The translations under genes were made by a program, and so were the position numbers. Shown here piece after piece: positions 12,230-25,668 of a stretch of DNA of 64,000 nt. Under the pieces are notes generated by a model. That model saw only the letters and a program-made list of their open reading frames with translations, did no database searches and was not told the origin of the DNA. The DNA is from Hormiphora californensis (Eukaryota; Animalia; Ctenophora). The DNA lies in assembly GCA_020137815.1 (NCBI GenBank), contig CM035360.1, forward strand, positions 1,736,001-1,800,000, in the 5' to 3' direction. The first letter of the stretch is position 1. The number at the start of each line of letters is the position of its first letter.

Positions 12230-14219
12230 CTTCCTGAAAGAGAGTCGGTTTCAATTAATGGGTTGTGATTACTGTCTAATATATCCCAACCGTTAATGCC
12301 TGGGATGAGCTGAGATAAGAATTGTGTTTGATGGTAAAAACTAAAATAGAGGGATGATCTCAAGTCATTTCACACACACACTAAATAATGTGTGAATTGC
12401 ATCTGTACTACAGATTCTGCAGGCTAAGGATAGCACTGAGCCACCTTGGGAGAGCTGCGTATAGAAATTAAATATTTGCAGAGAGGCATCATGTAGCGAT
12501 CAAATTTATGCTGTGCCTCTCGATCTGATTAGGTTATAGCGGCAGATTTATAGGCTTAGTCACAATATATTTGACGTTCTAATACAAGAAAGAGAGAGTA
12601 CCAAAGTAACTAAAGTTACAAAACTAGGAAGGTGTGGTCACTGTTTGTTGATCCTAAATTAGGTCATTTTAGGCGTGGCCCAAAACTAAAGACAACTATG
12701 TGAGCGGAGGGGTAAGATCTACATAACATATTATATCTATCTTGACGATGATTTAAACTAGGAATAATATTCTGCTGAACTCCCTATCAGTCTGTTCGCA
12801 TGCATGTCAGCTACTGCACAAAAAATATTCAATGATCAACCCACTTCTTAGTATGCCATATTTTCCGGGGGGTCAAGAAATTTTAGCAGGCATGATGAAT
12901 TAGGCCCAGACCTCCCTCCTACCTGACAGTTGGCCGGTACGGAATGATAATACTTTGGTACGGAATGGTGAAGGTGGGAAAATATGGGTCTCCTATGATG
13001 GCGCTGCAGACCCCAATTTTGATTCTTCCAAGCGACAGAGGCTCACATATATCGGGGTCTTCAGACAGCCCTAAATAAACACTATAATTCCACTGTCCTC
13101 TTCAACTTGCAGATCCTCATCTACTGAGGATTTTAAATCGCATCATGTGCACAAACTAAACTGCATTACATGTAGAGCTCTTTTTAACTTCCCTACTAAC
13201 GCCCTATTACACCTCTCCATTCATAGAAATCGCCATGTAGCACCAAAATAGAGGGTTCCGACAGTGTGCAGTGCAGGAGCTTGCTGTTTAGTTGCTAAAC
13301 CGTAGTCCTACCAAACAAAACCAAACCAACAGATTAACAGAGAGGGGTTATCATGTAACAAAAAATGTTTTTATTCCTTCTAGACCGCTTATCAAATTTT
13401 GTCTTCGGCCTCTTGGTTCCATCATATTTAAACGGTTTTCAATTTTTCATACCCCTCACATCGATTATGTCATACCCCCGGCCCCCTTGGTAGAAAGGTA
13501 CTGAACATCTTGAAACAGGATTCTCACAGCAGCAGAAAGTCTGTGATACGTTGTAATAATTATAGATTCAACCACGTTTGTTATGTTGATTGTATGATGC
13601 CAAAAGTCTGAAATGAATCCTTTGAATGGTGATCTTGAAATAATGGGCCGGAACCTCTAACAAAATAAAACTCCGATATAAGTTTCACTTAATACACGTA
13701 TAAATGGGAAGCGGTATAACACGCGCACACACAGTTACACGTGATACCCACCATGTTTAATAATCAGCAGTATAGAACACACAAAACATTACCACACTGC
13801 AGCATTTCACAGTTCACACACGTGACCATTGATCACACGTGATCACACACACGTGATCATCATCCCCTGATATCTCCAATCGAACTGGAATTCCAGCTAG
13901 CACCATGATATATGAGATCTTCCTTCATGTGTCCTTCACTTGGACCTGTCTGTACCGTATTAGCTGATACATTCATTCGTAAAAAGAGGGCTTGTTCCCC
14001 CTACTGTGTGGATTAATCGGGTTGATATCTCCCAATCTCCTACTACATATAAAGCAAGTAATGAAGAAGCTGTGACTGAATCGTTACAGCAACAAACAAT
14101 CCAATTAGCATCTTATCCGGGGCCGCAAAGTTATCCACATGATGTGGAACATTTGCTGGAAAACACACCAGACACTGAAATACAATCAACTTTCACACCT
14201 GTAAGTCCGTGTGTCCCTT

Positions 14220-17200
14220 TCACACCAAGTTGAATTCGCGGAGATGTGTGTGGAGGATGTGGTCTCGGACAGAGTTAAAAACAAATCGAATGTTTTGAGT
14301 ATCAGTAGCACACGTGAAATGAGAATAGATGGGTTTAGGTGGCCGTCCTTCTACCGTTGTTGATATCGATATCTCCCTGAACATCTGAAAAAATGTACCA
14401 ATTTAGTATTAAAAAACCCTTGACGATGTATATTCATATCTAAGATAACCATGTATCACAACTTCATTTTTTGAATAGCTAGGTGACAGGAACCGACCGA
14501 CACAAGTAAACAACCAATCAGAACTCGTTATTTAGGTCACGTGACTGGTTATCAGCCAATCAGGGACCAGTATTTCCTGATTCGGTCGGTTACTACTAGG
14601 TGAGTTCATTTACCTCGAGAATAAAGCTCCGTGCCTCGATGGCGTTGTGAATGTCCCCAGTGTATTGTGGGAAGTAATCAGTTAGCTTCGATCTTAGTAT
14701 CTAAAACAGAATCAATGTTTATTGGACCATGATCACACAACAACAACTAGCTCTGATCTACAATATTGAAATCAGCTGTTTTGATTGCTGTTAACTTTTT
14801 TGAATAGTCGTGGTATGCAGATATATCCAGCAGTAAATATAATCATGTGCTAATCAACTCAAAAAGCATTTAGCAACTGCTTTCTTACGTTACATAGCTC
14901 TTGTGAGATTTATCCTGCCTGTTTTGCACATCATGGTATAATCAGATTGTTATAGTTGTACAGACTGTTTTTCAAAAAACCAAAAAAAATCAACTCACCT
15001 TTTCTTCAAAGACATCTGTTTTGTTGAGGAATATGATTAGACTGGCTCTCTGGAACCACGGGTAACAAATGATTGTTCGAAATAAGTGTAGACTCTCCTC
15101 CATTCGATTCTGAAAGATGGTTGGTTGGTTGGATGGTGAGGTTGGTTTGACCATGAGAGGCTTCCCGGATTGGGGATTTGCCACCGCTGGGGGTTTAGAT
15201 AGTGCACATGAGTGACTTTGTACTGAAAGATGTTTTACTTTTTTAGCGCTGATAGTGCAGTCGGAAATTGACGGAACCCCAATTTACCGGGAGGATAAAT
15301 TTTCTCCTATATAGAAATTTATGAAACTCTCAACTTTATGAAAACTCTGATCGAGTTGTGCCCGTTTATGGTTGTCAAGCAACTGTTGTGCAATGGATCG
15401 TATTTCTCATTTATCAAGTTCTACGGACGGCGCTTGTTAAATACATGTGCTATTAATAGCCCCCTCGTACGCCCTGATATAGGATTCACACTGAAGCCAG
15501 CCCGGAGTAGAAGAGTACGAGCGGAGAGGGTTACTGACACAGACTTTGCTGATGATGTGGCTCTCCTAGCTGACTCAGTGGAAGATCTTGGCGTTATCAT
15601 GCGGGAGGTAGAGAGTGTCTGTAAGGAGGTGGGTCTCGAGATAAACCGGGCGAAGACAGAGTTCATGGTTGAGGGTATACCAGACCCCGGTCCTCTCCAC
15701 AGCAGCGATGGCACTAGGATAAAGTTGAGCGAGGACTTTAAATATCTTGGATCATGGGTAAGGGACTCTAAAAGGGACATTAAGGTTAGGAAGGCTAAGG
15801 CATGGAATGCGTGTCACGGGCTTAGGACTATTTGGAATTCAAAGCTGAACGACAAGATCAAGGCCAGACTCTTTGTAGCAACGGTTGAAACAGTCCTTTT
15901 GTACGGGTGCGAAAGCTGGACGCTCACCAAAGACATGGAAAGGAGTCTTAACGGTACCTACACGAGGATGCTACGGATGGCACTAAATAAAAACCAGTAC
16001 CTCCTTCAAATGAGCAATGCCACGCTGTACGGTATCGGAAATCTACCTATCCTTAGCACCAAAATAGCGGAAAGGAGACTCCGACTAGCCGGTCACGCTG
16101 TGCGTCATCCTGAACTTACGCTCAACAAGGTCATACTCTGGGAGCCTCTCCATGGAAATTCCAGGCGAGGGCGACCAAAGCAGACCTTTGTGGATGTACT
16201 CAGGCGGGACACGGGACTCAGGGAGACCTCCGAGATAGCTACTGTTATGTCTGATCGTGACGGGTGGAGAAGTGTTATTCATGGAGTTCGGAAATACCAC
16301 ACGTGGAATCCGCCCTAAGTCAAGTAAGTCAAAGTCGTACGCCCTCCAGAGAATCTCAGCAGAGAGAAAAGACAGGCCAACTGATTTGCAACAATAACCA
16401 CTTGCCTTGTTCGACCCCCCTCCCCACGCCCCGGGTTTGAACAAAACAAAATAACCACCAACCAAGATCTAATACCTGTGTATTGTTTTCTTGTAGAACT
16501 AGATCATATTCACTGAGGGCGGAAAGGAATATGATACTGGTGACATGTTCAAAACAGTGAATCCACTTCCTCCGTTCCCTCCGCTGCCCCCCAACGTCAA
16601 TGATCCGGAAGTCAACCCTCTCCAGACAAAATACGTACTCATAGATGCCTTCTGTTGGTACCCGGGACCTGATTAAATGAGAGTTATAGTGATCGGATTG
16701 TTTTTCAATCTCTGCTAAGCTGTCCCATGGCTTTTTGTTTTGCACTGACAGTCCTAAGCAGGAAGCACTCAGTATACACAGCAACCGACCGGACCAAGTA
16801 AACAACCAATCAAAAACCGTTACTTAGGTCACGTGACTGGTAATCAGCCAATCAGGGACTAGTATTTCCTGGTCCGGTCGGTTCCTGAGTATACGGCTTT
16901 TTGTTTGACGTTAAATACTTTAGGATATCCAACTGTATAGTGTATACCATGAGGATGTCTTATTAGTTCTAAAACTACCTGAGGATGTCCTGCTCGGTTG
17001 GAATGTAGTTTATCTGGACGACCCTGTGTAGCGCATCAAAGAAATATTTAGTGGAGTCTGTCAGTTGGTATTCTCTCCTCCTATCATAGCACTGCCGCAC
17101 TCCATTATCCTCCCATAATGTGGCTATCGTTTCTGCAACCTGAAAACACAATGGTGTAAAATACACTGGTTCAGATAGAGAGTTCTAAAGATGTTAGATT

Positions 17201-18967
17201 ATAAGTAGGGAGAGATAGAAAACCACAGTCAGAGGAGCTCGGGAATGCGATGCTTTGTGGAACCTGCCATAAGTCAAGATTCACAGAGGGTTTATAGTTG
17301 ATGTGTAATTTATGTACCTTGTTGGTGAAGATCTCTTCGATGTCTCGCTCTGAATCGTTTATATCCAAACTCTTTATCAGAGACCGATGTACCATGGCGT
17401 TCTTCTAGAAGAAAATCAGATCGAATTTTGAAAACTGTTTTTTGAAAACACTTCAATGTTCATATAATACTTAGAAGTGGATTAGTTACTTGTTTCAGTT
17501 TGGTTTTTCAAAGTGTGCTCTGTGATGTGGTTTACCTCGTTATCGTATTGAATGTAGAGAGTGTCCATGGCGTCCACTATTGTTACCATACTTGTTATGA
17601 TGTTCCGCTTGATTATCTTCTTGTACATCACCTGTAGAGGGAGTTTTAGTCATGATGAACACTGAAAGAATAAACCTTCAGTGTGTACATTTTTTCCCTG
17701 CCCGGGTGAATCAAAGAAATATTTAGATGATCTTTTTAGCACGCACGTGCTAAAAAGATCATTCAGGGTTTAGAAATCAGCAAATTGGCTTGGTTATCAT
17801 AGCAACTGCTTTGATTACCATAGCAACCACTTGGATACCATAGCAACTAACATAGTATCAGCCAAAAATTGCTCTTTGAGTGCAAAATTCATCGGGAAAT
17901 CTAGTTTTGGAGCTTAGTCATCAATTTAGCACCCATTTGTGGCAGGGAAACACCGCATTATGAATATATAATGCAATAATTCTTGTTAGTTATAAAACAA
18001 GTCAGATTCGTTGGTCTTCTGGTCATTGTTACAACTAGAAGTCGTCCATCCCGAAGAAAAAGGGTAAGTAACCCTTAGTAACCGTTATAGTAACCCCTAG
18101 TAATCCTTAGTAACCCCTAGTAACCGTTAGCAATCCTTAGTAACCCCTAGTAATCGTTAGTAACCGTTGGTAACCCCTAGTAACCCCTAGTAATCCTTAG
18201 TAACCAGCTGTGTTACCTGATCTGATGTGTTGAATCCTTGACCGTGAATAATTCTCATCTGTTTTATAAAGGTACTCTTACCGCTCTCCCCCGTCCCTGA
18301 AATCACAATATGTAATACCGATAGTAGATTTTATCTGATATAATATCGGTAGTATAAGATTGGCGCCGTAAAGATTAAGTTGAGAACTGATTGCATTTGA
18401 GTGCCTAAGAGATTACCTAAGAGAAGAAGCTTCAACTCCTTATCCATTTCCACCTTATGCTTTTTGATGCCATTATCGATCGCCGTACTGTTGTCCTTCT
18501 GTGCCCTCTCTTCTGCCGACATCAAACAGCTACATGCCTGTGTGAGTGAGTGAGTATGAGAGCAGCTACATTTTCTGTGTGTGAATGAGTTGCTGGTGCG
18601 TTGTGGAAAATCTCTATTATAATTTGGAGATGAACGAAGTCGAAGTGGCCGTTCGTTCAGCGGTATCTAAGCGACTGCTCCTTCATAAAACACTTTATAG
18701 GCACAAAGCTGTAAAGCTGTTATTCACACTTTTGGAACTTCCAGTGGAAGTTTGTTAATATTTTCGAATGACTTTTAACAGGCCAGTCCCCATAGTTAAC
18801 AATTCAGTTGCCATGGCAACGGTTTTATTGACGTTGAAAGTGAAAGAACGGGTGGGTTATCAAAAACCCTTCCTTGAGGCGCACCCAGTGGGTGCGCTAG
18901 TGGTCCTAAATTAGGGAACCAACACATGGATTAACGAATTACATACCTTTTCCCACCACTTCGTCAT
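14220..18967 (-). CDS. GNAQ: Heterotrimeric G protein alpha subunit, Gq/11/14 class, ~373 aa, 10 exons
   Basis: Exons 18967-18947, 18537-18417, 18296-18217, 17631-17536, 17404-17318, 17139-16979, 16668-16476, 15109-14999, 14700-14614, 14384-14220, all GT-AG and phase-consistent. Motifs GTGESGKS (Gq-type P-loop), RVPT, DVGGQ, NKTD, TCAT and C-terminus LREFNLV; N-terminal CSC as likely palmitoylation site. Confidence 0.95.
14487..14595. mobile_element. hAT-type MITE, 109 bp, copy 1
   Basis: TIRs caggaaccgaccga / tcggtcggttacta; 8-bp TSD ctaggtga at 14479-14486 and 14596-14603. Confidence 0.9.
15476..16334 (+). mobile_element. 5'-truncated non-LTR retrotransposon (RTE-like) RT C-terminus, antisense in Gq intron 7
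   Basis: ORF with [33 protein letters not shown] and RLRLAGH; short tandem tail taagtcaagtaagtcaaag; 11-bp TSD tcgtacgccct at 15465-15475 and 16335-16345. Confidence 0.92.
16779..16887. mobile_element. hAT-type MITE, 109 bp, copy 2
   Basis: TIRs cagcaaccgaccgga / tccggtcggttcctg; TSD agtataca / agtatacg (7 of 8). Confidence 0.88.
17691..17990 (+). mobile_element. HINE-like element related to 6796-7305
   Basis: Same ends (tttccctgcccgggtgaa; ggcagggaaa; 3' hairpin gcattat...ataatgc). Confidence 0.5.
18069..18205. repeat. 10-bp tandem repeat (taacccctag/taatccttag) next to a Gq donor site
   Basis: About 13 degenerate copies just inside intron 3. Confidence 0.9.
18807..18820. promoter_or_regulatory. 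Perfect palindromic RFX X-box GTTGCCATGGCAAC in Gq intron 1
   Basis: Exact match to the symmetric RFX consensus, ~150 bp downstream of the ATG. Confidence 0.5.
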
Positions 18968-19109
18968 GATTTCAACAGGAGACTAAAGTGCGCTCTTATT
19001 GCGTGTCTGGATAGTAGGGAGAGAATCGGGGTTATTAATACACGCGGTGGGGTTTGCAGAGATCAAATAAGGACTGTACCGTGGGCGGGTTAGAACTAAA
19101 AGCTTTCCG

Positions 19110-19295
19110 AAGCGATTTACCTGATTACTTTATCGATACCTAAGCGATTTACCTGATTACTTTATCGATACTCCGCTCAATTCAACACGGGTTAGAACTA
19201 AAAGCGATTTACCTGATTACTTTATCGATACCTAAGCGATTTACCTGATTACTTTATCGATACCTAAGCGATTTACCTGATTTCTTTATCGATAC
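19110..19295. repeat. 32-bp tandem repeat upstream of Gq
   Basis: aagcgatttacctgattactttatcgatacct x5 with one interruption that itself duplicates flanking sequence. Confidence 0.9.
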
Positions 19296-20140
19296 TTGCT
19301 AACTTCCATTTGCCGTGGGGCTCTCCGAATTTTCCTAGATTATATTCCTCACACTACACTCACAAACGAGGGAGAGGCTATCAACTAGTCATTGCTGGGA
19401 GGAAGTTAGAGGTAAACTGGTGTAATTGGAAGACAGAGAGCGGCAAGAGGACTCTCTCGCGGTCATTGTTATTCTAAATTACTTAAACACAGTCTTTTGT
19501 AATAGTCAAGAAGAGTCTGTGGTTAGTAACTACAGAACGCTCACTAAAATGTATAGAATGACAATATAAAAACTAGGAGTTTATAGGTGCTTGTAGTTCA
19601 ACACGTGTTTCACACAACAGCTGGGCAGGTATAGACTATAATAGAGGTAGGCTGGTAGGTGAGAACAGGTCTAATTGTGTACAGGCAATATATCTGAACC
19701 TAGCCTCCTGCTGAGAGGATTATCTAATGGCCTGCAGACATGTAGGACCATGTATCCTATATACAGTCCTACTGCAGTCTACATAGATCTAAACGATATG
19801 TTAATTTCTCTCTCATCTTGTGACGAGACAATGTCGTTTTTAAAAGTTTCTAAGAATCAGTTCAGACAGATACTCAGACAATAAACCACTATTAATAAGA
19901 TGCAATAACATTTACATATTATATGTTTCCTTACAATGATGGCCCAACAGGCTAATTGTTATTTCAATTATCGACAGGCTGATCTATATGTACAACAATG
20001 AAAAGACACACAAAAATGAATTAAGGATCCCCAGAAACAACATACGACTAAAGCTAAGAGAGAGAAAGAAGAAGTAGAAACTACAAGACTCTTAAAATGT
20101 AGAAGCTAGAGAGATAGAGAGAGTGAGTGAAGGGATTGAA

Positions 20141-20195
<55 letters not shown>

Positions 20196-20248
20196 AATCA
20201 AGAACTTATAGCTGCTAAGATAACTACCATATATGGTATAATAACCAG

Positions 20249-20973
20249 CTGCTCCTTTAGCAAATCCTCGAACAGAGAATGAGAGGACCCTGCTCCTTTA
20301 GCAAATCCTCGAACAGAGAATGAGAGGACCCTGCTCCTTTAGCAAATCCTCGAACAGAGAATGAGAGGACCCTGCTCCTTTAGCAAATCCTCGAACAGAG
20401 ATTGAGGGGACCCTGCTCCTTTAGCAAATCCTCGAACAGAGAATGAGAGGACCCTGTTCCTTTAGCAAATCCTCGAACAGAGAATGAGAGGACCCTGCTC
20501 CTTTAGCAAACCCTCGAACAGAGTATGAGAGGACCCTGCTCCTTTAGCAAATCCTCGAACAGGAATGAGAGGACCCTGCTCCTTTAGCAAATCCTCGAAC
20601 AGAGAATGAGAGGACCCTGCTCTTTTAGCAAATCCTCGAACAGGAATGAGAGGACCCTGCTCCTTTAGCAAATCCTCGAACAGAGAATGAGAGGACCCTG
20701 CTCCTTTAGCAAATCCTCGAACAGAGAATGAGAGGACCCTGCTCCTTTAGCAAATCCAGAACAGAGAATGAGAGGACCCTGCTTCTTTAGCAAATCCTCG
20801 AACAGAGAATGAGAGCTGACCCTGCTCCTTTAGCAAATCCTCCAACAGAGAATGAGAGGACCCTGCTCCTTTAGCAAATCCTCGAACAGAGTATGAGAGG
20901 ACCCTGCTCCTTTAGCAAATCCTCGAACAGAGAATGAGAGGACCCTGCTCTTTTAGCAAATCCTCGAACAGAG
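20249..20973. repeat. 41-bp minisatellite, ~17-18 copies
   Basis: gaccctgctcctttagcaaatcctcgaacagagaatgagag head-to-tail, high identity, no spacers. Confidence 0.95.
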
Positions 20974-21182
20974 ATTGGCAGAAAGCTCGAACATGATCGA
21001 AATTCCTAAATCCTCTCTTCCTATTCCCTGCACTGATTTCCATTCTCAAATACCACACGTCAAGGACATCAAGGACGTCATGGGTTTTAGATTCAATGAC
21101 ATGGTCGGCATCTGATAGTGGGAAATGATCGAATCGACTACTACGGAATGACTTAGTGTGAAATGTCCTCAACAGACCTTGG

Positions 21183-21345
21183 TTTTTTGTTTGTTTGTTG
21201 GTGACTGCTGCGTATGGAGGGCTGCACCGAATACGCCCTCTATGGACAGCCAGCCACTCTGCTGGAGCAGGGTCAATCGGTTGATGCAGAGCATGTTTCC
21301 CGGACGTTCCAGGAAGACCGTGGTCAACAACTGAGCAGTGAGAGC
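21183..21345 (-). mobile_element. Possible SINE/LINE 3' end (stem-loop plus (AAAC)n tail)
   Basis: Hairpin tatggagggc...gccctctatg at ~21213-21244 followed on the minus strand by caacaaacaaacaaaaaa. Confidence 0.3.
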
Positions 21346-21989
21346 TGCACGATCTCGATATGGGTATTTTATTTATTCTAGGCTTTCCAAGGTGGTAAAA
21401 GTGTGTGTTGCTCCATGACGTAAAAGGCTTTTAGCAGTTTACCGTACGCATAGTCATCTTTTAGCACGTCTTATTGCCGTATGTTAATCCAGCGAACAGG
21501 GACTTTTGTTGGATAAACTAAACGTGTACAATGTACACTGTACACATCATGATTCATGAAATGTGGTCAATGATTAATGCTATTCAGTTATGAATGGATG
21601 AATCCTAAAAAGATCAAATTAGGTTATATTCTCAAGTTCATTGTAATGGATCCACGGTCCTATCTATTAAATTGCCCCAACAATAATCAAAGTTCCAAAG
21701 AAAACCAATACGAACACGCTGCGGTAATTATTAACTAACACATGAAATGTTAATTTTTCATTTATTCTAGTTTTTCGGGGAAATGCATTTTTTCTCTATC
21801 CTAGTATCTTTCTCTCTCTCCCTGCATCCCTCCATGCTCTCGCTCGCTCTCTTCCCCGCTCACACTCTCCCCATTTCTCCCCCAGCTTCTCTCTCTCTCT
21901 CTCTTTCTTCCCCGCTCTATCTCTAGCAAGGTTGCGATTTATTACTGTGTGAAACAGTCTACCATATTTGAGCTAAACGACCCACGAGA

Positions 21990-22067
<78 letters not shown>

Positions 22068-23099
22068 GAGAGAAAGAGAGAAAGAGAGAAGGAGAGAGTG
22101 AGAGAGATGGCCCTCCTAGTGCTAGAAGATTGAAAGCGAAAGACTTGGTGATCGAAGAAAAGGGAGAAATGGTGAGGAAGAGGGATGTATTCAATCGTAG
22201 GAATAGAAAAAGAGAAATTGAAAAAAAGTAGAAGAAATTCAAGTATGAGATTGACAACTATTAAAGAAGGAGGAAGCGGATAAAAAGCACATAAGGGGAA
22301 ACGTTATTTGCTGAATTACTTAGACAGTCAAACCTCGATTTACCGGACCTCCATTTACCGGACGGATATATTTCACTCGATTTAGGAAATTAGCAATATT
22401 TTACCGTTCCCATTTCCTGTTCCTTTGTACAATCGTTCTTGCCTAGCTAGTCGGACTCTGATTTATAGGGATCCTCGAGGGTCGGGAATATGATAAGTCA
22501 TAAGTGCCATTGATTGAATAGTGTAAAATATAATGAGATCGATACCCTCAAAAATTGCTTTTAATGTGTTCTCATAGGGGAACAGCTTATTGAATGTACC
22601 TAGTCATCTTGATCTAGAGCAATCGTTCATTATACTTGCCAAGCTAGACTGCCATTCATAAAAAGGGGTTGAACAAAACAAAACTTTCGAACAAAATGAG
22701 CACACGTAGAAGACGCCTCCCACCGAGAGTGCTCAACTGGTTACCCGAGAGCGAATAACAAAGGGAAACGATTGAAATGTTAACCATTTGAATCTTTTCC
22801 CTATGTGAATAAAATAAGCATAAAATGTAATATGAAAGGTAGCCTCATAGAAACCCAAGAGTCGCGGCAGACGAGTGGAAGGTTGCTTTTAGCGAACAAA
22901 TAACGAATGTTTTACATGTTAGAAAATGTAATGAATGTAATAATGATAATACATGTTAGAATAGGAGAGGGAAGGATAAAATTATGATATGTGTAGTTAT
23001 AGAAAGGAAGACAAAGAAAGAAGCAAGGGTAATTAATTAATACCAAAACCTCCTTTCTCTTCAGCTGGGCTCATACAACACATGCAATTTCTCCCCACC

Positions 23100-23540
<441 letters not shown>

Positions 23541-23760
23541 TCCCTCCCCTTCTCCTCCTTTCTATCTCCAAAACTTTCCTTGTCCTTTCTTCCATTTATC
23601 TCAGTCAATAGTAAGTTTCAGAAACCCTACAACATCATATTTTACCAATTACTACGAATCATATTGTAGCAATATATTAGTGCTACTATTTACCATGGTG
23701 AGTCAGGAACTACAAACACAAACACAGTTGTCTCATAAAAGACTGTCCGAACCGGGCCGT

Positions 23761-23937
23761 TACAGCGCCGCTTGTAGTCGCATTACCGTAATGGAAATAC
23801 AGTAATGAGACGCACACCTTGCAGCAAAAAGTGCATGTGTTCAGCACGTACTAGCGCCCTGATTGGCCACGGTTGCGTGTCTTCATACTGTATCTCCGTT
23901 TTCCATTACCGTTTTCCCTCTACAAGCGACCGGGTTA
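23761..23937. mobile_element. TA-flanked MITE (cgcttgtag / ctacaagcg TIR family)
   Basis: TIRs tacagcgccgcttgtag / ctacaagcgaccgggtta; its right half is the reverse complement of 25461-25556. Confidence 0.7.
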
Positions 23938-25274
23938 CAGTTTTAGTATGACAAAAAATGCAGCGGATGGCTCGTTATGCCTATGTTTGGCACCTTTATT
24001 TTTGCCTAGCGGTAGAGGACCTATACCGTCAATTTGCTTTGAAAGCGCTTTTGAAAATTGATATTTGCACCTTAAACAACACACACTTTGTCACATCACA
24101 TAGTAATACAGTCAGACCCCGATTTAGTGGCCCCCGATTTAGTGGCAGGATTTTTTCCCCCGAAATAGGAAATTAACATTATTTGACCCCGATTTAGTGG
24201 CACCCCGATTTAGTAGCAGGATTTACAGTCGTCATGTGATCATAATTTGAACCAAACTCGAATTTTACTCGATTCTAAAAATAGAAAAAACAGATGAAAA
24301 ATGAATTCAATTCGATGGTCAGATAATTTTACAAAATTACACATTTTACAAAATTACACAAACTATAATAATAAAACCTACAAAATTTACATGCTGTAAA
24401 AAACCTGTAAAAGTATTAAAAAGTGATGGCCTAGAATGACAACGGAACTAAAAATGTTCTTCTGTCAAAGGAGACCCCAAAAGGGATAATGATGGAGCCC
24501 CCCGCACCATGCCGAGAGTTTAGAGAGAAAAAGAGAGGCGAGAGAGAGGCGAGAGAGAGAAGCATATATTCACATTTAATCAAAGGCGGAGCTGGTCGAG
24601 AGGACACTATCAAAAAAAACCAAACCTGTGCTGAAATCCGGAATTTATCTGGTTTTTGTCCCCCCGGCCCCCACTAGAGATATTTTGTAAACGTTATATT
24701 TCTAACACCTTCTCTTTTCTCCTAGGAAACGTAGAACCGCTGATGAGGGAGATATTATAAGGAAACCCCCAGCAAACCGGACTGGTGTATTTGACAAAGG
24801 CCATTGTGTAAACAGATGTAAAGAGCTACTGTTTGAAGTGGATATTATCATTATGAGAGACGCTGCTAATAGCTCTAATCAATGTGGCTATTGCTGAGAT
24901 ATTGTAAATGTCTATCAAACTGTCAGGGATCTTGCCCTCAGGGCCGGGGATTGTAGGAGAGAATATTTTTCTTAGAACTCAGACTGGGTACAAACTACTA
25001 CTTGCTACAATCGATTGAGATTTGAGAGAGAGACAATACAATATGAATGACAAGAATGTCTGTGGCCGTTTGTTGTAGATCTTCGGCTACTGCTGACAGC
25101 TTTTCCGCTAAAAACACGAGCCGAGTGTATCTTGAGTGATACATATCTCTCTTTCTCTCTCTCTCTCTCTCGGTCCACTACACGCACCACTCCCACATGG
25201 GGCCGTAGGCACTAGGCCCCATGCGAGAACAGGGTTAAATCCCCCGAGCCCGGATCCTGTTGGATCTGAGGGCC

Positions 25275-25396
<122 letters not shown>

Positions 25397-25460
25397 ATGC
25401 CTTTTCTCTGTATTTTATCTTTCTCTCTCACTCATATCTTTTTTCTGACCAGTGCAGCTT

Positions 25461-25668
25461 TACACGGTCGCTTGTAGTGGGAATACTGTAAATGGAAAAC
25501 GGAGACACTGTATGAAGACGCGCAACCGCGTCCAATCGGCGCGGTAGTACGTGCTGACCACAAAGTACTTTTAACAGATTGTTGACAAAAGCACTCGCGC
25601 GTTACGCAAATTCCGCGCAGATTACTGTATTCTGCGTTACAGTATTTTCACTGCAAGCAGCACTGTTA
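25461..25668. mobile_element. MITE, same family as 23761-23937, opposite orientation
   Basis: tacacggtcgcttgtagtgggaatactgta ... tacagtattttcactgcaagcagcactgtta. Confidence 0.7.

Noticed and set aside
15338-15475. N-terminal 46 codons of the RT ORF
   Set aside because: Upstream of the TSD, so chance open frame in host intron, not part of the element.
19110-19295. 32-bp repeats of CRISPR-like length
   Set aside because: Mostly head-to-tail; the one interruption duplicates flanking sequence.
20249-20973. CRISPR-like regular repeat
   Set aside because: Units are contiguous with no unique spacers, no cas genes, and the context is eukaryotic; it is a minisatellite.
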